Origin: Trichosphaerium sp. ATCC 40318
Lineage: Eukaryota; Protista; Tubulinea
Length of the DNA stretch: 64,000 nucleotides
Reading direction: 5' to 3'
NCBI GenBank assembly: GCA_038496445.1
Contig: JALMLS010000208.1
Span: 197,233-261,232 of the forward strand
A program made the position numbers and the translations under genes. Below are positions 1 to 14,067 of this stretch, piece after piece; position 1 is the stretch's first letter; each line of letters starts with the position of its first letter. The notes below the pieces were generated by a model, which saw only the letters and a program-made list of their open reading frames with translations, did no database searches and was not told where the DNA came from.

Positions 1-1483
1 CCTGCAAAACGTTCCAGAAGCTGAGAAGTTGCGTGAATTGAACTTAACTCGATTTTTGTGTGTTTTATGATTCCTCTATGCTTTACAACTTCTTTGACTT
101 GTTTATCTGTTATACTTATGCTATGGTATCCGACTATGTCGTGAATGATAGAAGAGAGGGTACGACACGTTTGACAAGCTGCAAATCGATCTTTTGTTGT
201 ATGAGTTAGTATACTTGCTAGAATCTCAGCTGGCATGTCCAATAAAGTTGTATAAGCACTAGAACTAGTTATTTTAGAGCAATTTAGATATTTTACCTTT
301 GAGTCGCTAATATTACAGGTTTTTTGTTGTCCATGGCGTTATGTTCGTGATTTACAGATATTGTGTTTCGTATTACAAACAGTGGTAAAAAAGTCAATGC
401 GAGTTCAACCCTTCTAGCTGACTTCATAAAAAAAATCAACACTAATTCTGTTGACTACTTGCGAGTTCAAGCAGTAAAGCTTTTTGTTCCTACCCACAAG
501 TTGAAAAATAGCTCTATGTATCTTGTATGCAAGTATTTACTTGTAATCGCCCGCTCAGTGAGCCGTCCTTGTACTTAGTAGCCCTAGACTCAAAAAAAAA
601 AACAACAAAAAGTGCTTGGCTAGTACTAGTCGCCCTTACAGGCTACCTTGTCAGCAAAACTGTGGAAGAGTCTACGCTACTATATTTAGAAAAACTCGGG
701 AGCAGAGGTCTGTCCTCAATCTCGCTACCTAGCAGGTTTATCGCCTTGTGGAATACGCCATTGACCAGAACTAACGTAACGTTAAGAGTCTTTCAAAAGG
801 ACATTCCTGTTTAGTACCAGGAGTGTGTAGTTTACCAACTAGTACCAGTAAAGATCTCTATCTAGGTGCGGTCATGGAATCTAGCACACGTACTGTAGCA
901 GTTACCTGCGCTCACAAAAAACCGTTAAAAACTATGTTTAGATCAGAAAATACTTCAAGTCATGCTACAATGTTTGTTGTCACTTAATAGTCCATATTCT
1001 GGTACAACAAAGGACGAAAATACAGTAGGTGATCAAAGTGCAGTTCAGGCGAACATCTGTTCTGTAATATCTATGCAATCAGAATTTACTTTCGAAGCCT
1101 ACATAAGATTCTCGCAAACTGTTCTGTGAATGAGATTAACAATGAAATCAGTTTTACGATATGCTATGTTTGGAACAAAGAATTGGAGGTGAATTGAAAT
1201 AAACTTGTTGTGCAAGCAGAAGTTACTAAACTGTGCTATTCAGTGAACATTTTTCCGCATGTCGAACACTTTGTAATTCGAATTTCATGACAACTTAGGA
1301 ACGTTGTCACAACTAAGATGCGGCTTTAAACAAACGCAATGAAAACAACTTTTCAAAAACGCCATTTTTGTGCTATAGGGTGTCAGTCTTGAGAAAAAAG
1401 TCACATTTTCTCCGAAAAAAAATCGAAAAAAGCACCAGTTTTCTCTTTTTCTATTCCGTAAAAAGGAGCCTATTACAACTACG

Positions 1484-2994
1484 ATGGCAATATCTCATCA
1501 CCTTTTTCTGGTTTTTCTATGTATCGCTATAGCACTTGCTGCTGTTCCTGGTACTTTTGAGAGTTACATTGTCGACTATGAGGGAACTAATTTTGAAACT
1601 GGAATACGTTTCTTGAATAAAACTGACCCAACTCAAGTTATCGGAGGTACATTTTATCTATGGCATCATATCACTTCTACTGTACTATTCCTTTTTTGTA
1701 GAGGAGTTGACCATTTAGGAGTAGAGTTCTTGTCAACTTCCACTCTTTACTAATTTCGTCGTTTTAGAGTGCGCAAACGTTACATCGCAGCGATTTTATG
1801 ACGTAGTTGGAATGGCTGTACTTCCAGACAATAGAATCGTACTTTCTCGCGGCCCTTCAAGAATAGGATCAGGTCCTGCTTTACCTACATATGTGTATGA
1901 CCAAAACTGTACCAAAGTACGCAACTGTTGCACAAACAACCCCAAGTCAACGACTTTCCGACTTGTCTTTTTTATCAGCTTTCCTAATTCTGTACGACCT
2001 GTTAAACTTATTGGATCTAGTTGAAAGAATGTAACGTTTCTGCATATGCTTCATTGTCTGTTGACCCTTACTCTGGAAAGTTGTTTTTATGGGGAGAAAA
2101 CGATGGAACTAACTTCGTTCGTGGTCTTGCAGAGCTTGATGTAGATACCTGTAATATAACAAACAGGTGTGCTGATATAGTCACTGGATCCCCTGACGTA
2201 GTTCATGGTACGCAGATACATTATTAGTCAAGTAAAGTAGCTGATTGTAATTGTTTTAGCTGCTGTTGTTGGAGACTTTATTTATCAGGTTGCTGGTTTT
2301 TCTGAAATGATCATTGAAGCATCAATTCCTAAAGACAACGCAACAGCTAATTGTGAGACAACCAGAAGCCAATCTTTTCCGGATTTTTGTGACCGCCCAA
2401 GGGGTAAGAAACATGAGCAATTCTTAGCAAGTTTTTTGCACTTTTTCTTGTACTAACATCTCTTTAGGTGTATCAACGCTGGATATAGAAACTCTGTTAA
2501 TTGTCTGTAATAACGACTCAGTTATATTATTTAATATTACATCGTTCTCGTTCTCAGATGTTGTTGCTAATGATGTTGACGTTGGTTTGTTTGACATGGC
2601 ATTATTTCCAAACCCAAGCATTGTTGTACCTCCACCAACAACTCAACCTCCAACAACTCTACCTCCAACAACGTTGCCTCCAACTACGTTACCTCCCACA
2701 ACGGAATCTCCTTCAACGTCAGCACCAAATGCTTCACCAACTACAGAAGCACCTACTACGGAAGTACCGTCTACATCAGCTCCACCTACTACTGAAGTAC
2801 CGTCTATATCAGCTCCACCTACCACTGAAGCCCCAACAACACCATCCTCCACTACTGTTACTCCTACAACTGCATCAAATACAACAGTTTCTCCTACTAC
2901 TGTGGCACCTACTTCATCTAACACACAAAGTAGCAGTGTGCGTATTGTATTTGGAAGTATACTTGTGTTAGTGATGGCTTTACTGTCACTATAA
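1484..2994 (+). CDS. Secreted surface protein (possible beta-propeller-like head) with Pro/Thr mucin stalk and GPI-like C-terminal signal; multi-exon
   Basis: Signal peptide MAISHHLFLVFLCIAIALA; several short GT-AG introns; last exon has PPPTTQPPTTLPPTTL/APTTE repeats and ends SSS-VRIVFGSILVLVMALLSL* (small residues then hydrophobic tail). Confidence 0.75.
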
Positions 2995-4086
2995 TATTTT
3001 TGGTTGTTACTTTAATAAACTACAATTAGTGCAATTTTGAATGAAACCAAAAAAGATTCAAGAGTTTTATATCACGTAATATTACGTGTTTGAAAATCAG
3101 TTAAAACTATTGCTTTGTTTCAAGCGAAGTACCAACTTTGTAGATCTTGCACACGTGGTTGTTATGTTGGTTCAAGCTGTCGCTATGTATAGTAGACCAC
3201 ACATCCTCACAGCAAGTGTTTAGTCCAAGTGGCTTACTTTATTATGTATATAGTTTTACTTAAGCACGCCAGGAAGGCAGGACTTAGATTTTTCAAAAAC
3301 TAAGACAGTTTCATTTCGTGACATTCAACCTACTAATGTGAGAAGTTATGAACAACTTCTTGTATTGGTACAAAGAAGCAACTGGCTTTACTTGCAGAGC
3401 TCAGACAACCATTGGTTCGAGGCGGTTACCTAGCTCACGATGATAATATCCAATTAAACATTGCAGATACGCAGTACATCGTGGTGATTTCACTATAGAG
3501 TCAGATTAGCTTTTGTTGATTTCTTTACTTTAGTATCATATTTACTGTAGTATGTACAGTTACGTGAACACTAAGATCAATTGCCAGCTATTTTCGCTGG
3601 CACATGAATCCAAAAAAGCTCCTTGATCGGTGTACTAAAATGTCGAAAAAAAAGTCGAAAAAATGTTGAAGTGATATTGAACTACTTATTTGGGTTTTCC
3701 CCTTTGATCCAATCGCGTGTTTCTAGTTTGCTTGTTACATGAACGTCGTAAAACGCATGTTTTCTCGGCACTTTGCCTCCCGAAAAATTATTTGAAATTC
3801 AAATTGAACAACGGGTTCTTGATGGCCCTGTTTTAGTACCGAAACATACTATTAAAACTATGAATCCCAAGCCAGGTAATGAATAAATAGCATCATAATC
3901 ACGAGTTTTCTCGCGCTTTGAAACGCACGTGATTTCTCGTGACAATTTACTCCAAATGTTTATCTGAATTGAAAGAAAGCCTTAAAAAATGTGTCTGTTG
4001 TGTTTAGAAGCATGTCATTAACAACTGAGAGTTAAGTCATTCCTACGTTCTTTTTTGATGCTTTTTCAAGAAACAACTCTCGTAGA

Positions 4087-5363
4087 ATGCATCACAGCTC
4101 TAGAAAATTATCTCTAATTGTTTTTCTGGCGTGTATTTCTGTTTGTATTTGTCAGAGACCTCCTGGATACTTATTCGGCCAGTTTGATGATACAGTTCCT
4201 CTTCCTCGACAAGTAGAGATATTAACAACAGATCTTGAGTTTAACAGTAAGCTATGCAGTTGTAATTATTGCTGCTCAGCTGAACGAGGTTAATCTGAGA
4301 TAATTTTTTTAGATCTTCGATCATTTGGCATCAATGTTCCTATTACAACTCCAGAAGTTGAGTCACCTAGAATCAGTATGTCACTTCTTTATTGGATGTA
4401 ATACATCATTTTCATAATCACGTTTCCAAAACTCTTACTCAAGCTTGTAATGAGGGTGCACTACACCTACTTGTAAACTTGCTTTGTATTTTTCTTTTTC
4501 ATCCCTAGCCTCTTTTTAATGTCGAGTTCATAAACCCTCTGTGCTGATGCATTCGTTTAGTACCTACATTAGATGGTGCGATGATATTGGTTGTATTTGG
4601 TGATTTTGTGTCAGTTAGAGCAATAGATAACACTGAGATTTGTACTGGTTCTATTCCAGGCTCGATTACTACTGGCGGTTTCGTTGATGACACTCATTTT
4701 TATGCAAATTTTAATCAACCACCAAGGTCAATAGGCCTATTTACGCTTGACATCACTAACCAAGGCGACTGTATATCTCGTGATTTTGTTGCTTGTACAT
4801 TGACAGATGGTCTGCTGTTCACCAGTATGTGAAAACTTTGTCTTTTTTGATTTTCTTACTTTTTTTTAGTTGTTGTTGATGATGACACAATATACGTAAA
4901 TGGTGCCCTTTTCGCGCCTACGCCTGTAGGTGTCGCATTAGAGCTAGATATATCACTTTTAACTGGAGGCTCTTGCACCATTGACATGAGAACTCTTCCT
5001 GCTATTTACCGTGGTCCAGTTTTTCCACTATTTCAATCTGTGGGTCTCAATGATACAACACTACTATTAACAGATTCACTAACAGGTGAAACGTTGTCTC
5101 TTGATAAGACAACAGGTAATCGTCTTTCTCATTCTTATAAGTCTGTCATTGATACTTTGCTTTCATAGGTACTACAGAATCTTACAATATGGCACCTATG
5201 GTTGAACCAAATTCAAGACCTGTTTTTTATCCTGGTCTTTTGTGTTTAAAGGTACGTAATGTTTATTGGGTTTTTTTATGTTCAAATGATTTTAATCACG
5301 TGACTACTGCCATAGATCACGCCACAAATGAATGCTGCCAGGATAGAATTATTATCTCGTTAG
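4087..5363 (+). CDS. Secreted protein of unknown function, multi-exon (3' end uncertain)
   Basis: Signal peptide MHHSSRKLSLIVFLACISVCIC; exon fragments at 4581-4830 and 4870-5250 bounded by GT-AG; probable stop TAG at 5361-5363. Confidence 0.5.
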
Positions 5364-5489
5364 TCTTTAGTTGTACTTCCAAAATGAGTTGGCAAAAAAA
5401 TCTAAATACATAAACTCGTTACTTGTTGTCTTGAGCAATTTCTCTGGCAAAGTGGGGTTTTTACATTCTAACATCGTAAACACATGTTT

Positions 5490-5950
5490 TATTGGGTATT
5501 GACTTTGCGAATAATTGTTTGCAGAGGTTAAACAAATACAATGTTTTATCTGTTAACAACATGTTGCTTACAAGAGCTCCAATTTCGCTACAATGCTTGC
5601 TAATAGCAAATATTTCGATATATACTACACTTTTGCTTGGTTCTGTCGTTGGTTATATCCTTATTATTAATTACTGAGGTATGATATAGCGATGTTCCAA
5701 ACGGATAGATTGCAAAATCCGTATTTGAAAAAATTTCTTGGTTTATTCGAATATATTCTTCTCGCTCTTATGGTGATACAACACGGCACAAATTACATCA
5801 TTATCACTGTCCTAAAACCATTTCTTTACGTCCTCGCAACGTCTGAGACTTTTTTTTAATACAGCGACAGAACAGATCAAACTACAAAATTATGTCAAAA
5901 TTTGTTATACCTCTAGTGATGGCTATTTCTACGCTTGGAAAGTACTAAAA
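5490..5950 (+). pseudogene. Decayed fragment resembling the PA-7TM receptor family
   Basis: Fragments LQCLLIANI, YILIINY* and SKFVIPLVMAIS echo LACLYIEVVANI, VLIAFYW and KFFIPSIVVVS of the 18.4-26.4 kb receptors; contains stops. Confidence 0.3.
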
Positions 5951-6221
5951 AGTGGTTTTGAGACAGCAAAAAAATAGATCACGTGGCGTGGCTCGCCCAC
6001 AAACACTAGAATTCAACAAAGTAACCTTGCCTGCTTGACAATTGCGGTTTGAACAGTAACCTAGTAACAAAAGCAGTAACATAGAACAAAAAGGTTCTAT
6101 GACTACACCTCTGGTTTATTAAATACTCAATAGCTACAATGCCATACTGGAGCAGTAAGAAAAATGCATCAACAAGTATGGGTCAAGCTTACACCAATAA
6201 CAACAGCAAGGTTTTGGTTAA

Positions 6222-8518
6222 TTAGCCATAATATCTGTAATAGCTTGCTTTAAGAGCCTGTAGTCTTTTCCTTGCTTCTATTTCTTTTTGTTGCTTTTCT
6301 CTCTGTACCTTGTCTTTATACTCTTGTATAGTGTTACAGAACTTAGTAGAGCATAACAAGTCTTTCCATATAGAACAAACTTGTCTTGCATTTGATACAT
6401 CTTTTGCTTCAAAGTTCTCAAAGATAACCACAAAAACTTCCAATGGTAGCGGGCTTTCGCTTGAGTATGATTGTATTCCCTTGAAAGACCATGATGGTAC
6501 CCATTTTTGTTGAAATTGAGGTGATGGCGTATAGTTTGGGAGTACATTATTAATAGGAGCAATCATATCCATTATTTCGGTTGTGTTTTCTTTGAAGATG
6601 ATGTCTTGTATGCTTGTTACTGTTCTCTTTGCTATCCTTTTAGCTGCTTCTAGGCATAGTGGTTTTATTACATTTTTATACAAGTCTCTACAGCAATGGT
6701 TAGTATAGCTTAAATCTCCAGAAGAACGAAAACAAAGAAAAAAATATAATGTTCATGAAACAAAGCAGTAAAACATCAGAAATAAAAAAAATGATTCAAC
6801 GAAGAACAAATGAATTATCACGTGCTCCAAACCCGTATTGGAAACAAACTGAACATTCTCTATGAAGAAAAAAACTTGTAATTCCAATTGGTGCTAATAG
6901 TTGTTGTTTACACACCACATCAAAGCGTTTTGGTGGCTTTTTGTTTTGACAAAATGTGCGGCATAAAAGCAATATACAACTAGTTGTTACCACGTACTTA
7001 TGCTCTTCTGACATAGGACTGATAGCAACGTTTATTCTTGTAAGGTTATTGGTGAAGCAAGCAAAAGAAGCAAGTGATTGAATATAAGATAATGACTTAT
7101 TTGTCATATTCTAAATAAGGATTTATTAGAGTGTAAACAATATGCCAAACGGTTACCTTCAATTTATCAAGCTCTTTAACATATTCCGGTGATTTTGAAG
7201 TAACAGGTTGAGCTCTAAGAAAGAAAATTAATCAACTACAATAACCACATGCTTATAAATGGAGCTGAAGTTTAAAAAAAGAGGTTGCTAGTATCAATAA
7301 TTAAAGAGCTTTCTGACGTACAACTTCCTCTTTAAATCAGTGACTGTAATTTGCACACCTCTATACTTATACCGCTCTCCAATATCCAAGCATGCTTTTG
7401 AAATTGGTTTATCAACTGAAAATGGAAAACCAAAAGCAGCATTTCCACGAGCTGAACGGAAGGTTGTGCTTGCTATTAAAAAACTTATTGACTCTATTTG
7501 TTGCAGTATTGCCCTCTTAATAGCATCAAATTCTGTATTAAGAGCTGGATACTTTAGTATCCTATCTTGGAAAGAGTCTTCGCGCTTATATCTCATCAGT
7601 TGCCAGACATAAAGAGGGTATATATTGCTTGCAATATCGTATACTTCTTTCCATTTTTTGCTTATTAAAATAAACCTATCACGTGTATCTCTTCTTTTCA
7701 AAATATATCCTAGTAGTTGTATACATAAGCAATGATAAGAGCCATGATGTCACTAGAAACAAAGCTTACCTTTGAGTGGCCCGTTAAAGTCAAAAGATGG
7801 CGGATCGTTTTCTCTATTCGAATACGTCTCTGGAAGTTGTATGTTGGTACCAAGAGCTTCACTCTCCTCACGCAGTACAGAAGATGAAACCTCGTTTCCC
7901 TTATCATCCACTAGATCTAACAACGCGATACCTAATATCAAGTGTGGTCAGAACTTTCAAAGCAAGTAAACAACAAGTAGTTCGTACCTTGTTTCTCGTT
8001 TTGAAAAACACTGAATGTCTGGTTTGAGATTATTTCTATTACATAAGTGTAGCCTGGTTTCATTGACACTACGTTTGCGTTTTGTTCTAGCCATTCTTTA
8101 GCCCATTTGGCGGGCTCTGATGTAAAACTGCCACAAGCAAAAACATAGACGCTGTTACTAACAGTGAACGCGATTCCAGTTTCACCTTTAGCGTATTAGC
8201 ATACTCTGACTGTTTTTAGAGCGTACAATCATATTTTGGCACTAAAGTGTACTCATGGGTGTTGAACAGCGCAGGTGTATCTTCAAGAGCTATTTCTATG
8301 GCGTTTGGTATTGATGACGCTGCAATACGGTTGTACTCATCATCAAGCACCAAATAACCGTCAAAGTAAGTATCATCGCCTTTATTAGCGTTTTTACCCT
8401 TTGTATAGACACTCAAGTTATTTTTAACGTCTTTTTCGATACAAATAACTGATAACTTATCAATAGCCTCCAGAATAAGCGATTTTAATCTTGCAGGCGT
8501 ATTGTAATATTTTTGCAT
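6222..8518 (-). CDS. Multi-exon protein with a C-terminal F-box
   Basis: Exons from 8518 can largely be joined by phase-compatible GT-AG introns (e.g. YD|CETGIAF, EKQ|VDDKG, PLK|GYILK, EHK|DLYK); last exon has PLPLEVFVVIFENFEAKDVSNARQVCSIWKDL (F-box consensus). Confidence 0.6.
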
Positions 8519-8919
8519 CGTTTAGCGCAATTACAAGCAGAAGAAATAAAATTATGTTACTGATTATTCTTGGTAGCTTGTTGTGTATGGTATTCGCAGT
8601 TTGAGCTGATTAATGAAGATCCTTAAGCCTGCGTTCACTTAAAATGGCACTAAATGAACTTTCACGGACTTCATTTCAGTGGCTGGCTTCTGCCATTTTA
8701 AGAGACCGTGAAACAGATCTGGCGATTAATCTGTTGACACATCGATTCTTGTTTAGAGATGGCATGTAAATGCGTATATTTTAGCAAAACACAAACAAGT
8801 CACATGGGACGCATTGAGTAACATTAATTTCTCTTTCAAATACAAATCCATAGCACAACAAACCAAAAACAAACAAATCAAAAATAATTCACGTATTTCA
8901 GTTGTTTTCTTTTAACTTT

Positions 8920-11068
8920 TTAACGTCGTCTCTTTAATGGTACAATATGTACTGAATTCTTTGCTTCATCTAGTTTTTTCCATCGTCCTAGTCTATGTTC
9001 TTTTCCAACAGCACAGCAAACAAATTTTTTTGATTTTGCAAACTTGATATCATTAATGAATCCAGTCACTGGGGCTTCAGCATACATTGTTACTGTACGC
9101 TCCTTCAAGCTACTATGCCAGAATTTAAGTGATCCAGTTGATGACCCAGAAGCAAAAACATCTGAAAATTTTATAGTCTCAACAGCAGAAATCCAGTCAT
9201 TGTGGCCAGAAGCAACCTAAGTTTTTTTTTCGATTAGTTTTTTTTTCTTTTTTTTTTCTTGCTTTGCTCATGACGTACTTCTATGAGTGGTCGTTTCTTT
9301 GATGTTGTCCATAGTCCTATAAGACCTGCTTGATCACCTGATACGAATGTATTTTCTGTTACAAGTGATAAAGCATCAATATGTGATTGTTTGTGTTTGA
9401 ATACAAGTTGAGTCTCATCCAAGACTTTCCAAAGTCTTGCGGATTTGTCCTCTCCTGTAAGACACGCCAATTAGTCTCAGTGCCTCTCAATCGCGTTTGG
9501 GCGAGTAGATACATACCTGCTGATAAAGCTAGATCTTTTGCAATAGAGTCAATGACATGAACTCCTGATTGATGACCGAATAATGTTTCTACATACATAC
9601 TTTGTTCACAACTCCAAACACGGACTGTTCTATCAGCGCTACCACTGTATAGTTCGTGGCTTAGTGGTTGAAAAGCAAGAGCCGTTACTTTTTCAGTGTG
9701 ACCTTGGAACGCAACATGAAGACTCTTTTGCCTAAAACAAGTCAGCAAAGCAATTGCGAAAAATGAAAAAAAAAAATTGATATTCTACGTACCGTGTATC
9801 CCATATTCTAATTGATTTATCTTTACCGCCAGTAGCCAAATATTTACCATCGGAAGACAATGCCATAGCGTAAATCTAAATGTAAATTTAATAAAAAATT
9901 TGTCAAAAAAAACAAAAAAAGATTCTGCATTCTTCTTGCGTCAAGCCACACAAGCCAACTTTTTTAGGTACATAATACAATCAACAAGATTTCATACTTA
10001 CCTCGTGTGTGTGGCCCTCCATTTTACCATATTTTGGCGTTCTAGCACCTCTATATGTCCATTTTTTCTTTCCAGCTTCAATATCCCACATGATTACACA
10101 ACAATCTTTTGAAGCGCTGAAAGCGATTGAGTCATCTGGTGATAGAGCGACTTGTGTGACCTATGATTTAGTTAGATTTAAGCGTAACAAGCTATAGCTT
10201 CAAATAAGCAGAAGTTTTGTAGCACCAAACGAAAAGAAAAAAAAAACGCTATTGTCATTTTTTCTACGCTCTGACAGACGCTTTAGTTGCTCAAACCAGG
10301 TATTATGCGTACAGGTAGTGAATGGCCTTTGAGTATACGATGTTTTGAAGGGTCTGTTTCTGGCTAAAGTAATTTGTTAGCAACGATCTTACAATTTCTT
10401 TGCGGCTGCGTTTCATTGTTCGCGCTAGCGTACCATAATTGAAGAACGTAAGTCTTGAAATGGCTCAAGGCCTTGTGCTCGCATCTCATCTTGGTATAGC
10501 TTTTCTATTAAATGTGTTAGTGGCGTAGTGCAATGCGTTAGACGTGATTAACAATTGACACGCTATTCACGTCAAAAACGAATAAAATAGCGTAGTGGTG
10601 CTGAGAAATCGTATCACTGCGCAAAGCGAGCGTCTCGCACCTTGTGTATCTCGTTCATCTAAATCTAAGTCTTTTATGTACTGTTTCGCGATTTTTAGCC
10701 TCTTGGCGTCAGCATTATCCTCTTCATACTCCTATATTACAATATTAATATGATTGGACGAAACTACAATAATAATTATGCGTGTAACTATGAGTTGTAG
10801 TAGTTGTACGATCTGGAGAGCGTTTTAACGCAATTGGTTTGTATTGACAAAATTGTTTTACAAACCAAGAAATTAGCGGTAATGATTTGCTACGCTTTGA
10901 CGCAGGTAATGGTTAGCGCCGCTCACAAAATAGCCGAAAGATTACTGTCACAGGCCAAAAATATTGATGAGAGTATGCACATACGCTAGATCCAGTATTT
11001 GTATAATCTCTGCTTCTTTTGCTACCAACTGGAACAAAAAATGTTTCAGGCCTTGTAGTTGGTCGCAT
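8920..11068 (-). CDS. RRP9: U3 snoRNA-associated WD40 protein RRP9/U3-55K
   Basis: N-terminal ADAKRLKIAKQYI motif; WD repeats (GHSLPVTQVAL, SSDGKYLATGGKDKSIRIWD, LYSGSADRTVRVW, YVETLFGHQS); diagnostic C-terminus AVGKEHRLGRW; ATG at 11068. Confidence 0.9.
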
Positions 11069-11325
11069 TGTGCTCTTTCTATGCGTATTAAGCGTTTAAT
11101 TATCAAAACGGGAGAAAGGACGGGCAATAAAAAAAAATCAGGCTGAGCTAATCTTTTGGTCAACCTTGGTTCAACCAAGTCTGGGCTTTCTTACTTGCAC
11201 AAAAAAGAAGGTGGACGTTTATACAATCTACAACGCGTGTAGCTTTGCCTGTTCGAACTTAATTGCCTTATTTGTATTATACAGCAAGTTTGTAACCAAA
11301 CGGCAACCGACTTGCACTAGTTCGC

Positions 11326-13005
11326 ATGGGTAGCGGCTACTCAGGTTGCTTGTCCTTCGAGAGCCGTACGACACACTCGAAGGCGATAGACTCCGTTATA
11401 AAACAAGAGATCAAAGAACGTAACCGCACTACAAAAATACTCATTCTGGGCGCAGCTGGAAGTGGCAAATCTACAATTTTAAAACAAGTCATATCGTTGT
11501 ACTCTGGCTTTTCAGACGTAGACGTTGCAAACTACAAAAGGATTATACAGGTGAATATCCTTTCGGGTATGAAGTTCCTTATAAACAAAGCAAAAAACAA
11601 CGGCATAAAGATACCACTCCGTCATAAGCCATACATGCGTATTATTAATGAAGCAAATGTATACGGTACGCTAAAAACCTCTTTTGTAAACTGACAGTTT
11701 TTTGGTTGTTTTGTGAAAATAGCGCCTTTAGTAAAACACCACTCCTTTACTTTCTATTGTCGTATTCTACAACATGAATGGAGAAATTGGACATTACGAA
11801 AAGACATTTGTTGCTCAAAACAACTGAAAACCCATCTAGTTTGTTTTTATGTAACGTTTACTGCGTTTTCCTTGTTTTCTGACTTTTAACAGACACAATT
11901 ACTAAACAACAACTCGACGCTTGTCATTTCCTTTGGCCTTTACGCTCTATTCAAAGCACATACGAAATACAGACGAATGATGCTGTTATACAAACACAAC
12001 ACTTAAAATACTGGATGGACAACGTAATTAGTAATTTAATAGACAAATACGACTCCTGGACGCCAAACGATAGAGATATTGTCCGTTGTAGACAACGTAC
12101 AACTGGAGTAAACGAAATGTCCTTTGACCATCTCGGAAAGCGATGGACGATTATAGATGTTGGTGGTCAAACAAACGAACGGAGGAAATGGTTACATGTG
12201 TACGTTTTTTTTAGGTGTTTTTCTTTTTCGGCGGTTTTTGTCCTTTTCTTGTATTCTACGCAAAAACCACGTATACACGCGTAGAGAGTATTTATTCAAC
12301 GACCAAAAGAACTACATTTAGCTTATTTTTTTTGTTCTCCCGTTTTGGATAAAAGGGTTTACGTCGGTCGCGTGTACGCGTGTGAATGCGTCCAAACAAA
12401 AATTAGGAGTTTTACTCTGCTTTTTGTAGGAAATTTACTGTATCTACTATTTTTACGACACTGTGTTCTTTTTTTTTGAGTTTCAACACATGGTAGCTTA
12501 TTTATTTTTTTTTTTCTTTTGTCAGGACACAATTTTTGGTCACGTCATCTTTGTCCTTACTTCTTTTCTTAGATTTGAAGGCACTCGTTCTGTTTTGTTT
12601 ACTATGGCTACAAATGAGTGGGATGTTCCTTGTGAAGAATGCGCTGGCGGCACAAAGTTGGATATGTCTTTGCGTATTTGGAAAGATCATATCAAGTCTC
12701 CTTTCTTCTCTAATGCATGTCTTATTCTATTTCTGAATAAGATAGATATTCTAAAGCAGAAGCTTTATGCTGTAAATTTTAAGGATAGCTTCCCGAACTT
12801 TCAGGGACAAGAGAGGGATGTTGATAGTGTTGTTTCATTTTTAAAAGAAAAGTTCTTGGCTGAGCTTGATAATTCAAAAGATGGGTTAAAACGGACTGTT
12901 TATGTTCATGCTATTAGCGCTATAAATAAGTCCGATGTATTTTCAGTTATGAAGGAAGTCCTTAGTAAGATTGAAATATACAAAGGTGGTCTTGATGTAC
13001 TATAA
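11326..13005 (+). CDS. Heterotrimeric G-protein alpha subunit (3 exons)
   Basis: MG N-terminus, P-loop GAAGSGKST, switch I RCRQRTTG, DVGGQ, FLNKID; introns about 11666-11892 and 12200-12572. Confidence 0.93.
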
Positions 13006-13551
13006 ATAGAGGAAAAAAAACGTTTCAACAAAATACTTACAAGTAGCGTAAATAAAACAAATTGTACAATGGTTAAACTAATCCGGTAGTGGCTTATTAA
13101 TAATGTTTTTGAAGATATCAACAACAGCGGTGCAGTACATAGGATGCGGTTGATTATTTTATAAGTCGTAAGCTTGAGCGATTGAATCTCGTTGCAGTTA
13201 ATATTGCATATGATTCCGCCATTAGATACAGTCTGTAGTACTTACATTGTGCCAAACATCTGAATATCACGTTTTGAGGCACTGCTGTATTTTTGCATCA
13301 TTGGGAGTTGAAACAAAACGAGAAATCAATATCGTTTATTGCGAGTGGCATAGTACATTCTTTCCCTACTCCTCAAATTATCTTGACGCAATGAGATGTC
13401 AAAATCACAAATGTGACACTTTACACTGAATTCGCTTTTCTTGAATTCAGAAAACTGTAAATATTTCATGGCCAACTTCTACAGCTACAAACACACTTCG
13501 GTACTTCACTCTCAGAGTCACAGAATGAGTATGTAGTGAGAACTTCTTTCT

Positions 13552-14067
13552 TTACATAAGGCTCATAATAGCTTCAACAATATCTCCATTTGCTTTACGT
13601 AGTGCTTCCTCAGCGCGTTCTCGCGACACGCTGACCTGTTGTTATAGTGTCAGTGTAAGTATGACAAATAAAGAATACCTGGGTCTGTACTAAGGAGATG
13701 AGCGTATCATGTTCTTGATTGTCCTTTTTATATCTGCTTGAGGTGCTTTTTTTCGGTCCTGGGTCGTTTGTGGGTTGAGTTTCTGTTTCTTTATTCTCGT
13801 CAATACTTTTTGTATTATTCGCTTCTAAATACTCTTTAGTGTTCTCTTTTGCGTTGTTTTTTAGGTTTTAGTTTTAATTCTGTAAAACTTTGCTACAGTT
13901 TCTCTATTTTACCTTCAGTACCGTAAGTTTCATTCCTTTGATCCTCTAAACGCGGTTGAGAGAGATAAATGGACTTTTAGCGTACGTTCAAATGTATTTG
14001 TTCTTTCTACTTCTGGCTCTACAGGCACATCAGGAGAAACACCAGGAAAGCGAATATCAAACGCCAT
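13552..14067 (-). CDS. Small protein with C-terminal NAC-alpha/HYPK-type UBA domain
   Basis: Spliced model MAFDIRFPG...ISLVQTQ|VSVSRERAEEALRKANGDIVEAIMSLM*; no NAC domain seen. Confidence 0.75.

Noticed and set aside
200-900. CTAG/AGTACT-rich non-coding stretch with short ORFs and a weak inverted match (about 217 versus 875)
   Set aside because: No convincing TIR, TSD or protein similarity; may be an old repeat but cannot be supported.
3410-3440. GGTTCGA motif suggesting a tRNA T-loop
   Set aside because: No cloverleaf stems or A-box around it.
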